Positions 39,251-53,200 of a DNA stretch of 64,000 nt are shown one piece after another. The stretch lies in the NCBI RefSeq assembly GCF_018350175.1, contig NC_058368.1:26848001-26912000 (forward strand), given 5' to 3'. The notes beneath the pieces are model-generated. The model made no database searches. It was not told the origin of the DNA and saw nothing but the letters and a program-made list of their open reading frames with translations. Both the position numbers and the translations under genes were made by a program. The first letter of the stretch is position 1; each line of letters begins with the position of its first letter. This stretch comes from Felis catus (lineage: Eukaryota).

Positions 39251-42200
39251 GGTGCAAAGACCATCCTTTAGAGAAAGAATAATCTTTCAACAGCCACGTG
39301 CAAAAAAAGTGAACCTCAATTTTCACCTCATACCACATGGAAAAATTAACTCAAAATGGATTAGCAGCCTAAGTGTAAGAATTAAAGCTATAAAATGTCT
39401 AGAAAAAAACATAGGAGAAAAGTTTAGTGATACTGAGTTTGGTAAAGATGTCTTAAATAGGACACAAAAATTTAAAAATTGGACTTCATCGGGAATATTT
39501 TTTAATTTCTACTCAAGAGACACTTTTAAAAATGAATATATGGTATATTTGTTGGGGCCCTATGGACATTTGGATTGTCATAGACTGGGAAAATTGTTTG
39601 AAAACACATATGACAATGTGCTTATATTTACAGTATATAAACAAATCCTACAACTCAAGAAGGCAAACAACCCAATTAAAACCTGGACAAAATATTTGAA
39701 TAGTCATTTTATTAAAGAAGATATTACAAAAGACAAGCAAATGAAAAGATAATATCAATATCATTCATCATTAAGGAAATGCAAATTATAATCATCATAA
39801 GATACTACTCTATACGACTGGAATGACTAAATTTAAAAAGACTGACCATACCAAGTATTGTAAAGAAGATGCAAGATATGGAAGAATTGGAACTCTCAGA
39901 TCCTGTTATTTGGAATGTAAATACAACCACTTAGGAAACAGTTCACAGTTTCTTAAAAGGTTAAAATATATTTCCTGTATAACTCAGCCATTCAGCTTCT
40001 AGATATTTGTTTACCCAAGAGAAATGAAAGTGTATACTCACTGGAAAACTGCATACAACGAAAATACCCATCAGAACAAAGTGTGGTATACCCATACAAC
40101 AGAATGCTACTCATCAATAAAAAGGAAGAACTAATGATATATATAACAATACAGTGGTATCTAAAAGTAATTATGCTGAAAGAAGTAAGACTTAAAAAGT
40201 ATATATTGTGATTATTTATAAAAAATTCTTGAAAATGCAAACTTATCTTTTGTAAGAGACAGAAAATAAATGGTTGTCTGAGAATGGAGAGATGGGGAGG
40301 AAGGATGAATTGCAAAGCAGCAGGAGGAAGCTCGTTGGTAATGGATATATTTATTATCTTAATTGTGGTGGTCTCAAGAGCACAAAAATAAATCAAAACT
40401 CATCAAATTGTAAAGTTTAAATATGTGCAGTTTATGTAAATTCTACCTCAATAAATCTATAAACAAAAAAAGAGAAGAGGGAGAGGGGAAGAAGGGACAG
40501 AAGAAGAAAGAGGAGAAGTAAAAGGAGGAGGAGGCATTGGGCATGAAGAAGAAGGGGAGGAGAGGGAGGAGAACAAAAAATATAGTTCTAGTGAAAGAAA
40601 TGGATTGAAGGAGGAATTGACTAAAGCCAGGGAGAAACATTAATAACCTATTATATTAGTCCAGGAGAGAGAAGAAACGATTACCAAATCAGTGGAAATA
40701 TCTTTCCCCATATTGATCAATAGTGTTAATAGCCTCATCTAGTTGGCAGTGCATGTGTCCCTGTGCATCATTCATTCAATCATTTAATATTTATTGAGCA
40801 CCTTCCTTGTACTAGGTACAATTTTAAGACCTGAGAACATAATAGTAAAGAAAATAGACAAGGTTACTGCACCCAGGGGGCTTACTTTCTAGTCAGGGGA
40901 GGCAGGCAATAAAGAAATAAAACAAAAAAGGTAATTCCATTAATTGATGTGTTTCAAAGGAAATACAATAATGTATAGAGAGTAATGCAAGGAGAAGGAT
41001 GGATGGTTAATCTATATTTTAATTCAGAGAAGACTATTTGAAGAGTAATAATAAAACTGAATTGTGGAAGACAAAGACCCCAATAGGTAATAACTAAAGG
41101 TAGACAAATCTAAGGTTGAGATCACAATTACTCTCCAATAGAAAGTCATTAGGCACATTTAATAAACAGAAAGGAAGGTGGAGGAGGGGAGAGTAGAATG
41201 TGAGAGGGATGGCACAGTAAATAGTGGCTAGAGGATATATAGCTTTGTAAGCTACATTAAGGAATTTGAATTTTATTATTAATGCAATAGGAAATCACTG
41301 GAAGGTTCTGAGCTGGGAAGTAACATGATATGATTTATGTTTTTGAAATATTCTTCTGCCTGATATATGGAGCTCAGATGTGGGGGGGGGGGGATGGAAA
41401 TAGGGAGACCAGGTAGGAGTCCGGCCACAATAAAGAAATTGGTCAGAAGTGAATGTGGGATTTTATTTTGGAGGCCCAACCATCAAGTTTTACTGAATTA
41501 GGCTGTGGGGAGTTAGGTAAAGGGAAGAATCAAGAATGAATTGTAGGTCTTGAGTATCTAGGTATAAGGTGGTGCAATTTATTGAAATCGGGAAGACTAG
41601 GGGAGGAACATTGGGTGTGTCGATTATTTTCTGAACATGTATAGTTGAGATGTCTATTGGGTACCCAAATAAAAAAATCAAGTGGGTATTTGAAATATCA
41701 GAACTGGAGATAAAAATAGAGGTTCCGCAACATATTGTATTTTTCTCTTTCTTGTCTCTGCCAGGAAAACGATAACTTGGTCTGACTTTTTAATGCATTG
41801 CCCCTTCCCAAAATTAAAAATTTATTTAAAGAGAATGGCCATACTAGACAAAAAAAAAAAGGATGGATGATGGTCTGCAGAGTTGTTTTGGAGGGAGGAT
41901 CTATAAAATTTGATTAACAGATATAGATAATAAGGAGAAGGAAATAATTAGGGATGGCTCCCAAAGTAGTACCATTCGTTAATTAGTTTGGGAATCCAGG
42001 GGTATGGTAATTCACATTTTTGGTCCCAATTCTTCATCCTTGTCTGTATTCATACCCATCCCCATGTATCATTACCACAGGTGGGCATACTGTTACCCTT
42101 TGACTGTGAGTTGCATCATATGACTAGCTGGGATGTTAACAGATGTTATGAATAGAAGCTTGAAAAAGCTCTTCCATAATTCCATAAAAAGTATGCTTCC

Positions 42201-42783
42201 ATTCTTTTGCATCTGCTATCATCATGGGAAGGATATGTCTGGTCTGTCCCACTAGAGGACAAGATATATATGAAGCAAAGCCAAGACATCATGGCCAGCC
42301 CAGTCAGCCAAGCCAAACCATCTTACAGCCAGTCAATTCTCAGACATTTGAGCAAATCTAACCAATGTCAGCATCTAGCCAATTCCAGCTGTGAGCAATA
42401 AATATGTATTGTTGTATGTCACTGAGGTTTTGTGGTCCTGACAATAGATAAGTAATGCAAGGAAGAACACGATGGGAAGGGGAGAAAGATTAGTCTGATT
42501 TGGGGACGTGGTGAATTTGAAATGGCCAGTGATACCTGGGTATAGGACTTAACAGCCAGTTATGTTCTGTGAATCATTGGCATATATGTAGCTCTAGATG
42601 TAAGTATGGGTAAGATTACCCAAGGAATATACATAGAATGAGAGGAGGAGATGATGATGGTTGCACCCTGAGGAAGACCTATATTTGAAGGAATGACTGA
42701 GATTGAGAAGGAACATTCAGGTATCTGAGGAGAACCAGAGAAGAATGGTGGTGTGAAAACTATGTTTTAAAAAGGAGGTGCTG

Positions 42784-43421
42784 CTGTTGGTGGGAATGCA
42801 AACTGGTGCAACCTCTCTGGAAAACTGTAGAGGTTCCTCAAAAAGTTAAAAATAGAACTACCCTATGAGCCAGCAATAACACTCTTAGGAATTTACCCAA
42901 GGGATACAGGAGTGCTGATGCATAGGGGCACACGTATCCCAATGTTTATAGCAGCATTTTCAACAATAGCCAAATTATGGAAAGAGCTTAAATGTCTATC
43001 AAGTGACGAATGGATAAAGAAGATGTGGTTTATATACACAATGGAATACTACTTGGCAATGAGAAAGAATGAAATCTTGCCATTTGCAGCAACATAGATG
43101 GAATTGGAGGGTATTAGGCTAAGTGAAATAAGTCAGTCAGAGAAAGACAGATACCATGTGTTTTCATTCGTATGTGGATCTTGAGAAACTTAACAGAAGA
43201 TCATGGGGGAAGGGAAGGGGAAAAAAAAATTACAGAGAGGGAGGGAGGCAAACCATAAGAGACTCTTGGATAATGAGAACAAACTGAGGGTTGATGGGGG
43301 GTGGGGGAGAGGGGAAAGTGGGTGATGGGCATTGAGGAGGGCACTTGTTAGGATGAGTACTGGGTGTTGTACGGAAACCAATATGACAATAAGTTATATT
43401 AAAAATAATAATTAAAAAAAT
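42784..43421 (+). mobile_element. 5'-truncated L1 3' fragment
   Basis: ORF2 C-terminus and 3' UTR, A tail; TSD aaaaaggaggtgctg. Confidence 0.9.
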
Positions 43422-43438
43422 AAAAAGGAGGTGCTGGT

Positions 43439-43623
43439 GGTGCACCTGGGTGGCTCAGTCAGTTGAGCATCCGACTCCAACTCAGGTCATGATCTAGGAG
43501 TTCCTGAGTTCAAGCCCTACATCAGGCTCGCTGCTGTCAGCTTAGAGCCTGCTTTGGATCCTCTGTCCTCTCTCTCTGCTCCTCCCCCACTTACGCTCTT
43601 TCAAAAATAAATAAAACATTAAA
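43439..43623 (+). mobile_element. CAN-SINE directly downstream of the L1 fragment
   Basis: head gcacctgggtggctcagtc, tail; TSD aaaaaggaggtgct(g/a)gtg. Confidence 0.88.
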
Positions 43624-44160
43624 AAAAAGGAGGTGCTAGTGAGAAATGCCAACTGCCCCAGAGAGGTAAGGCAGACATCTTTATACTTATTTATAAATGA
43701 ATAAAGTGAGGTTTAGGTTTAGATAGGGCAATTAAGTTTGCTATATATGATCATACCAACTAGTAAATGGCAGTAAGGGCCCTAGAATATAGATCTTTTG
43801 ATTTTTAACCTAGGGCTTTATAATTTTCATCATATTATCTTTCTTCAGTGCATACTTCTGATTCCATAAATATATTATTTAAATGATTGTAAAATACATT
43901 TTATTATGAAATGTTAACACAAACAGTAAATTTTAATATTTTGAATTAGATGAACATTAAAAAGTAAGAAATATGTAATTCTGGGCTCACTTCAAGATTA
44001 TAAGATAATTTGTTACTTATTGAATGGTTCTTTTTGTATAACAGTTTTTCAATATCTGATAAATATGTATTTTTATGTTGTGATTTCACAACATGAATTA
44101 TGGATCAAAACAATAGTATCCTCTTTTTTGAGTATCATAAATTAATAACAATAATATTGA

Positions 44161-44574
<414 letters not shown>

Positions 44575-45269
44575 TGAAATAACACTTACCAAAAGTTTTT
44601 CTATTACTCCTTTTTTCAAGCACACTTATTAAGTGATAAATTTATCATTAACTTAATAAAACACCCATAGCTGCTTTAACTAGATTTAGAAACTATTTTT
44701 ACAACTTCTAAAAACTTAAATACATGAGTTATATAACAACTATGCCAAATGAACAAATGCGTAAAGGAATTGTTCTCAAATCCCCTGTGGATTAATAAAA
44801 AAATTCAAACAGAATTGCAGTGAACAATTAATCCATTTTTTTGCAGAAGCTTGTGACTCACAAAAACGTTGAAGCCCTAGCTTAAGCTAATGGATCCAAC
44901 CAATTCAAATCAATTTAGTATGCATAATGCTGTTATACAAACAGCATCAATTAATAATTGCACCTTAAGCATTTTCTATTTTTTAGAGTATTGTTTGAAG
45001 ATGGGGAGATATAAATTTAAAATATCTATCATTTCTTGCTAGAGAATTTAAAAGTATCCTTTATACTGTTGCTGGGCAATTGCCACTATGACTACCACTT
45101 TTTTTTTTATGTCTTATCTACATTTAGTTTTAATTTTGTGTCTTTAAATCAAAGGTTTATTTGTTTGAATAACAGTTCTTTATTCTTTGTACCTATAGAA
45201 GTAATGTTCTAATCCTGTTTACCAAAATTAAATAGGATGTCTAGTTTTTTTAAATTATAGAAACATTGA

Positions 45270-45572
<303 letters not shown>

Positions 45573-45686
45573 TAAAAAGCAATAAAGTTCAAATCATTAC
45601 CAGAAATAACTCTCATTCAGATACTTAAATATGTGAAATGTATTCAAAAAAGCAAACACTCATTCCTATTAAAATATGGCCTGGGA

Positions 45687-45895
45687 GGGTGCCTGTGTGG
45701 CTCAGTTGGTGAAGCATCCCACTCTTGACTTTGGCTCAGGTCATGATCTCACATCTGGGTTTCACTGAAGGCACAGAGCCTGGATTCTCTTCCCCTCTCT
45801 GCCCCTCCCCTACTTGTGTGTGTGCATGCGCATGCTCTAAATAAATAAATAAACAAACAAATAAATAAATAAATAAATAAATACTTAAAAAAATT
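45687..45895 (+). mobile_element. CAN-SINE with (AAAT)n tail
   Basis: gggtgcctgtgtggctcagttgg head, internal deletion, tail. Confidence 0.8.
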
Positions 45896-47132
45896 TTTAA
45901 ATGTGGCTGGGAATTATTCCAGGTCTCATTCCATCAACAACTTGGTACTAAATAGCTAGAAAGTAGAGGCTGTCGAGTTACTAGATAGACATCAGAAACT
46001 CCTTAAAATAGAGTAAAAGGCAATGGAAGTCATTAGTATCCTAATCCTTTCTGACTTCACACTTCCAATTATTAAGAATCAAATAAAAAAACTGATATGC
46101 AAAATTGAAAATGAAATTAAATTAGGGGTACCACTAGTAGACTTCTATGACCATTATTGTTTAAATAAATGGAGAACAAAAATAGAAAAGAATATGTTGT
46201 TGAGGAAATAAAAAATTATTTATTATTTGAAATTATTATGTGAAATTATTATTTGAAATAATATGTGAAATATTATGTGAAATAAATAATTTTCACCCTT
46301 AAGACATTAATTTGAAAACTAAAAAGATATGTTTGCTTGTGGCTAATTTAACACAATAAAAAAGCATCTGAGGAATTTGAAGATAAAAATCCTCACCTTT
46401 ACAAAACATTTTTCTAAGAAATACCATTACTTTATCATATATTTAGTAGTAACCTAAATAAATGATTACTTTTTTACCTTCTGGATCAAGATTTATTATA
46501 AAACTAGAAACAGTAAGACACTATCAGCGGCATCAAAATAGAAGTACAATGATTAATGAAATAGAAAAAAGACTCCGGATATAATCCATCATAAATGGTA
46601 CAAACAAAATAAGTTAGCCATATGGGAAAATAAAGCAAATTTGGAAATAAAATTATACTTCTATCTTATAACACATACAACTACTTCCAGGAAGATTCAA
46701 GACAGTATATGAGACAAACTTAACCATTTGTGTCAGAGAACTATTTCTTTTAAAAGAAACACACACACACACACACACATACACACACACACACACACAC
46801 ACAACTGCATGATTAAATATTGCTTTTGACAATATCATAAATTTCTGGATTATTAAAATGTACCATTACAATAAAGAAGATAAGACTCATAGAGAGAAGG
46901 TATTTGTAATTTATACAAGTGACTAAGATATAAAAGATGTCAAACAAGCCAGTAGAACACTGGGTAAAATATGAAAAGTCTTATTTTTTGAAACATGAAT
47001 ATCCAAAAACACTGGTAAAATTGACAAACCTAATTAATAATGGATTGATAATTAAAACCACAATGGGGTCCCATATTTAGTCTCTTAGATTATCAATATT
47101 ACAGTTGGGAAGATATGGAGCACCTGAATTTT

Positions 47133-47502
47133 ATTATTTTTAAATATAATTTATTCTCAAATTGGCTTACATACAACACCCAGTGCTCATCCCAACAAGT
47201 GCCTTCCTCGATGCCCATCACCCATTTTCCCCTCTCCCCCACCCTCCCATCCACCCTCACTTTGTTCTCTGTATTTAAGAGTCTCTTATGGTTTGTCTCC
47301 CTCCTTCTCTGCTTGTAACTAATTTTCCCCCTCCCTTCCTTCATGGATGTCTCTTAAGTTTCTCAAGATCCACAGATGAGTGAAAACATGATATCTGTCC
47401 TTCTCTGACTGACTTATTTCACTCAGCATAATACCTTCTAGTTCCATCCACATTGCTGCAAATGGTGAGAATTCATTCTTTCTCATTGCCAAGTAGTATT
47501 CT

Positions 47503-47538
<36 letters not shown>
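47133..47538 (-). mobile_element. Short L1 3'-end fragment with (TG)n, in tandem with the long minus-strand L1
   Basis: L1 3' UTR motif (cacccagtgctcatccc...gtctcttatggtttg) repeated independently of the adjacent copy. Confidence 0.85.
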
Positions 47539-47541
<3 letters not shown>

Positions 47542-47546
47542 ATTTT

Positions 47547-50500
47547 AATATAATTTATCGTCAAATTGATTTCCATACAACACCCAGTGCTCATCCCAGC
47601 ATGTACCCTCCTCCATGCCCATCACCTACTTTCCCCTCTCCCCCACCCCCCATCAACCCTCAGTTTGTTCTCAGTCTTTAAGAGTCTCTTATGGTTTGCC
47701 TCCCTCCCTCTCTGTAACTTTTTCTCTTTCCCCTTCCCTTCCCCCATGATCTTCTGTTAATTTCTCAAGATCCACATATGAGTGAAAACATATATCTGTC
47801 TTTCTCTGACTGACTTATTTCACTTAGCATAATACCCTCCAGTTCCATCTATGTTGCTGCAAATGGCAAGATTTCATTCTTTCTCATTGCCAAGTAGTAT
47901 TCCATTGTATATATAAACCATCTTCTTTATCCATCTGTCACTTGATGGACATTTAGGCTCTTTCCATAATTTTGTTATTGTTGAAAATGCTGCTATAAAC
48001 ATTGGGGTACATATGCCCCTATGCATCAGCACTCCTGTGTCCCGTGGATTAATTCCTAATAGTGCTATTGCTGGGTGGTAGGGTAGGTCTATTTTTAACT
48101 TTTTGAGGAACCTCCACACTGTTTTCCAGAGTGGCTGCACCAGTTTGCATTTCCACCAACAGTGCAAGAGGGTTCCCATTTCTCCACATCCTTGCCAACA
48201 TCTGTTGTTTCCTGATTTGTTAATTTTAGCCACTCTGGCAGGTGTGAGGTGGTATCTCAGTGTGGCTTTGATTTGTATTTCCTTGATAATGCGTGACATT
48301 AAGCATCTTTTCATGTGCTTGTTGGCCATCTGGGTGTCTTCTTTGGAAAAGTGTCTATTCATGTCTTCTGCCCATTTCTTCCCTGGATTATTTGCTTTTT
48401 GGGTGTGGAGTTTGATAAGTTCTTTATAGATTTTGCATACTAGCCCTTTATCTGGTATGTCATCTGCAAACATCTTTTCCCATTCCGTTGGTTGCCTTTT
48501 CGTCTTGTTGATTGTTTCCTTTGCTGTGCAGAAGCTTTTTATCTTGATGAGGTCCCAATAGTTCATTTTTGCTTTTATTTCCCTTGCCTTCAGAGATGTG
48601 TCGATTAAGAAGTTGCTGTGGCTGAGGTCAAAGATTGTTGCCTGTTTTCTCCTCGACGGTTTTGATGGTTTCCTGCCTCACATTTAGGTCTTTCATCCAG
48701 TTTGAGTCTATTTTTGTGTATGGTGTAAGAAAGTTGTCCAGTTTCATTCTTCTGCATGTTGCTGTCCAGTTCTCTCAGCACTATTTGCTAAAGAGACTGT
48801 CTTTTTTCCATTGGATCCTCTTCCCTGCTTTGTCAAAGATTAGTCGGCCATACATGTGTGGGTCCAATTCTGGGTTCTATATTCTATTCCATTGGTCTAT
48901 GTGTCTGTTTTTGTGCCAATACCATATACTGTCTTGATGATTACAGCTTTGTAGTAGAGGCTGAAGTCCGGGATTGTGATGCCTCCCGCTTTGGTTTTCT
49001 TTTTCAACATTACTTTGGCTCTTTGGAGTCTTTTGTGGTTCCATACAAATTTTAGGGTGTTTATTCTAGCTCTGTGCACTCTGATTGGGATTGCATTGAA
49101 TGGGTAGATTGCTTTGGGTAGTACTGACATCTTAACAATGTTTATTCTTCCAATCCAAGAGCATGGAATGTTTTCCCATTTCTTTGTGTCTTCTTCAGTC
49201 CTTCATAAGCTTTCTATAGTTTTCAGCATACAGACCTTTTACATCTTTGGTTAGGTTTATTCCTATGTATTTTATGGTTCTTGGTGAAATTGTAAATGAG
49301 ATCAGTTTCTTTATTTCTTTCTGTTGCTTCATTATTGGTGTATACAAATGCAACTGATTTCTGTACATTGATTTTGTATCCTGCGACTTTGCTGAATTCA
49401 TGTATCACTTCTAGGAGTCTTTTGGTGGAGTCTTTTGAGTTTTCCATGTAGAGTATCATGTCATTTGCAAAAAGTGAAGGTTTGACTTCTTCTTTACCAG
49501 TTTTCATGCTTTTTATTTCATTTTGTTGTGTGATTGCTGATGCTAGGACTTCCAACACTATGTTAAACAACAGTGGTTAGAGTGGACATCCCTGTCGTGT
49601 TCCTGATCTCAGGGGAAAAGCTTTCAGTCTTTCCCATTGAGGATAATACTAGCTGTGGGCTTTTCATATATGACTTTTATGATGTTTAAGTGTGTTCCTT
49701 CTATCCCAACTTTCTTGAGGGTTTTTATTAAGAAAGGATGTTGTATTTTATCAAATGCTTTTTCTGCATCTATTGATAGGATCATGTTTCTTATATTTTC
49801 TTCTGTTAATGTGATGGATCACACTGATTGATTTGTGAATGTTGAACCAGCCCTGCAGCCCAGGAATGAATCCCACTTGATCATGGTGAATAATTCTTTT
49901 TATATGCTGTTGAATTCGATTTGCTAGTATCTTGTTGAGAATTTTTGCATCCATGTTCATCAGGGATATTGGCTCATAGTTCTCCTTTTCTGTGGGGTCT
50001 CTGTGTGGTTTAGGAATCACAGTAATTCTGGCTTCATAGAATGAGTCTGGAAGTTTTCCTTCCATTTCTCCTTTTTGGGACAGCTTGAGAATGGTAGGTA
50101 TTAACTCCGCTTTAAATGTCTGGTAGAATTCCCCAGGCAAGCCATCGGGTCCAGGACTCTTATTTGTTGGGAGATTTTTGATAACTGATTCAATTTCTTC
50201 ACTAGTTATGGGTTTGTTAAAATTTTCTATTTCTTCTGGTTTGAGTTTTGGTAGTGTGTGGGTGTTAGGAATTTGTCCATTTCTTCCAGGTTGTCCAGTT
50301 GTTGGCATGTAATTTTTCCTACTATTCTCTTATAATTGCTTGTATTTCTGAGGGATTGGTTGTGATAAATCCATCTTAATTCATGATTTTATCTATTTGG
50401 ATCCTCTCCCTCTCTCTTTTTGAGAAGGCTGGCTAGAGGTTTGTCAATTTTGTTTATTTTTGCAAAATGTCAACTCTTGGTTTCATTGATCTATTCTACT

Positions 50501-52223
50501 GTTGTTGTTTTTTTAATTCTATATTGTTTAGTTATGCTCTGATCTTTATTATTTCTCTTCTTATGCTGGTTTGGGGTTTCTTTGTTATTCTGCTTCTGGT
50601 TCCTTTAGGTGTGCTGTTAGATTTTGTATTTGGGATTTTTCTTGTTTCTTGAGATAGGCCTGGATTACAATGTATTTTTCTCCTAGGACTGCCTTGCTGC
50701 ATCTCAAAGAGTTTGGATTATTGTGTTTTCATTTTCATTTGTTTCTACATATTTCTTGATTTCTTCTTTTTTTTTTTTAAATTTTTTTTTCAACGTTTTT
50801 TATTTTATTTTTGGGACAGAGAGAGACAGAGCATGAACGGGAGAGAGAGGGAGACACAGAATCGGAAACAGGCTCCAGGCTCCGAGCCATCAGCCCAGAG
50901 CCTGACGCGGGGCTCGAACTCACGGACCGCGAGATCGTGACCTGGCTGAAGTCGGACGCTTAACCGACTGCGCCACCCAGGCACCCCTCTTGATTTCTTC
51001 TTTAATTGACTGGTTGACCCATTCCTTAATACGATGTTCTTTTACTTCCATGCGTTTGGAGGTTTTCCAAAGTTTTTCCTGTGGTTGTTTTCAAGTTTCA
51101 TAGCATTATGATCTGAAAGTGTGCATGGTATGATCTCAATTCTTCTGTATTTATTGTGGGCTGTTTTGTGACCCAGTATGTGATCTATCTTGGAGAATGT
51201 TCCATGTGAACTTGAGAAAAATGTACATTCTGCTGCTTTAGGATGAAAAGTTCTAAATATATCTGTCAAGTCCATCTGGTCCAGTTATGATTCAGGGCCC
51301 TTGTTTCTTTATCTATTTTCTGTCTAGATGATCTGTCCATTGTTGTAAGTGGAGTATTAAAGTCCCTTGCAATTACTACATTCTTACCAATAAGATTGCT
51401 TATGTTTGTGATTGTTTTATATATTTGGGTGCTCCCAAATTCAGTGAATAGACACTCATAATTGTTAGCTTTTCCTGATGGATAGACCCTGTAATTATTA
51501 TGTAATGCCTTTCTTCATCTCTTGTTACAGTCTTTAGTTTAAAGTCTAGTTTGTCTGATGTAAGTATGGCTACTCCAGCTTTCTTTTGACTTCCAGTAGC
51601 ATGATAGATGGTTCTCCATCCCCTCACTTTCAATCTGAAGGTGTCCTCAGGTCTAAAATGGGTCTCTTGTAGACAGCAAAAAGATGGGTCTTGTTTTTTT
51701 TATCCATTCTGATACCCTATGTCTTTTTATTGGAGCATTTAGTCCATTACATTCAGTGTTATTACTGAAAGATATGGGTTTAGAGTCATTGTGTTATCTG
51801 TAAGTTTTATGCTTGTAGTAATGTGTCTGGTCCTTTGTGGTCCTTGCAATCTTTCACTCACAGCGTCTCCCTTAGGATCTCTTGTAGGGCTGATTTAGTG
51901 GTGATGAATTCCTTTAGTTTTTGTTTGTTTGGGAAAACCGTTATCTCTCCTTCTATTCTGAATGACAGGCTTGCTGGATACAGGATTCTTGGCTGAATCT
52001 TTTTCCTGTTCATCACATTGAAAATTTCCTGCCACTCCTTTCTGGCCTGCCAACTTTCAGTAGATAGGTCTGCTACTAACCTTAAGTGTCTACCCTTGTA
52101 TGTTAAGGCCCATTTATCCATAGCTGCTTTCAGGATTCTCTCTTTATCTTTGTATTTTGCCAGTTTCACTATGATATGTTGTGCAGAAGATCAATTCAAG
52201 TTACATCTGAAGGGAGTTCTCTG
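47547..52223 (-). mobile_element. 5'-truncated LINE-1 (end of ORF1, ORF2, 3' UTR), antisense in the last CCDC122 intron
   Basis: minus-strand ORF fragments: ORF1 C-terminus (51858-52169), EN, RT (49751-50308), C-terminus (47874-48566); interrupted by a SINE at 50770-50987. Confidence 0.93.
50770..50987 (-). mobile_element. Young CAN-SINE (SINEC_Fc-like) nested in L1 ORF2
   Basis: CpG-rich body; perfect 16-bp TSD tcttgatttcttcttt at 50754-50769 and 50988-51003. Confidence 0.93.
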
Positions 52224-52919
52224 TGGAGTACCTACATTTTAATATACTGTTGGTATGAGTGTAAATTGGTAAAAAGTATTTTGGAAAGGATTTTGAAATT
52301 ACTAGTAATTTTTAACTCTAATATTCTTTCTTGAGGTAAATTGTTGTAAGAGTAGGTACACGAATGAAAAGGTGTAGTTTGACTAATTTTGACTAAGATA
52401 TATATTTACACCTGTTATTACCATCACCTAGATCAGGATAGAACACTTACCCATCATGCTTACGAAGTTCTTCTGTGCTCCTTCCCCCAGGCTACCACTA
52501 TTCCGGTTTTTAAAAACAACTTCATTGAGATATAACTCGCATACCATATAATTATTAATCCATTGAGAGTGCATAATTCAATGGTTTTTAGTATATTTAT
52601 CAATAATTTCTAACCATTGCCACATTTAATTTTAGAAATTTTCATCACCTCAAAAAGAAACATCATACCCTGTAGCTGTGACCTCTTCTTTTGTCTATTT
52701 TGTTTACCTAAATTTTTGCTCTACCATATTCTTCTTTCCTACTTGATGCTCTAAAATTCCTTCTTTTATCATGTCCTGTCTCTTTAGAAAAATAAATTCA
52801 TTCTTTTAGAATAGGTCTGCTGGTGACAAAGTGTTTTAGTTTTTTTTCATCTGAGAGTGTCTTGGTTTCCCCTTCACTCCTGACGGATGTTTTTGATGCA
52901 TATAGAATTCCGGGTTGAA

Positions 52920-53200
52920 TATGTTTTCACTCATATGTGGGTCCTGAGAAGCTTAACAGAAGACCAGGGGAGAGTGGAAGAGGGGAAAAAGTTACAGAGA
53001 GGGAAGGAGGCAAACCATAAGAGACTCTTAAATACTGAGAACAAACTGAGAGTTGATGGGGGGGTGGGGGAGAGGGGAAAGTGGGTGATGGGCATTGAGG
53101 AGGGCATCTGTTGGGATAAGCAATGGGTGTTGTATGGAAACCAATTTGACAATAGATTATATTTAATATAAAAAAATAAAATAAAATAAAATAAAATAAA
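52920..53200 (+). mobile_element. Short felid L1 3'-UTR fragment inserted in an older minus-strand L1 remnant
   Basis: 3' UTR motif plus (AAAAT)n tail; degenerate TSD aattc(c/t)gg(g/a)ttga. Confidence 0.85.

Larger units (their letters stand above)
37445..40470 (+). mobile_element. Old L1M-type ORF2/3' end, interrupted by two MaLR LTRs and a SINE
   Basis: ORF2-like remnants (ORF 39252-39752 KINSKWI...), 3' end aaatatgtgcagttt...ctcaataaa. Confidence 0.82.
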
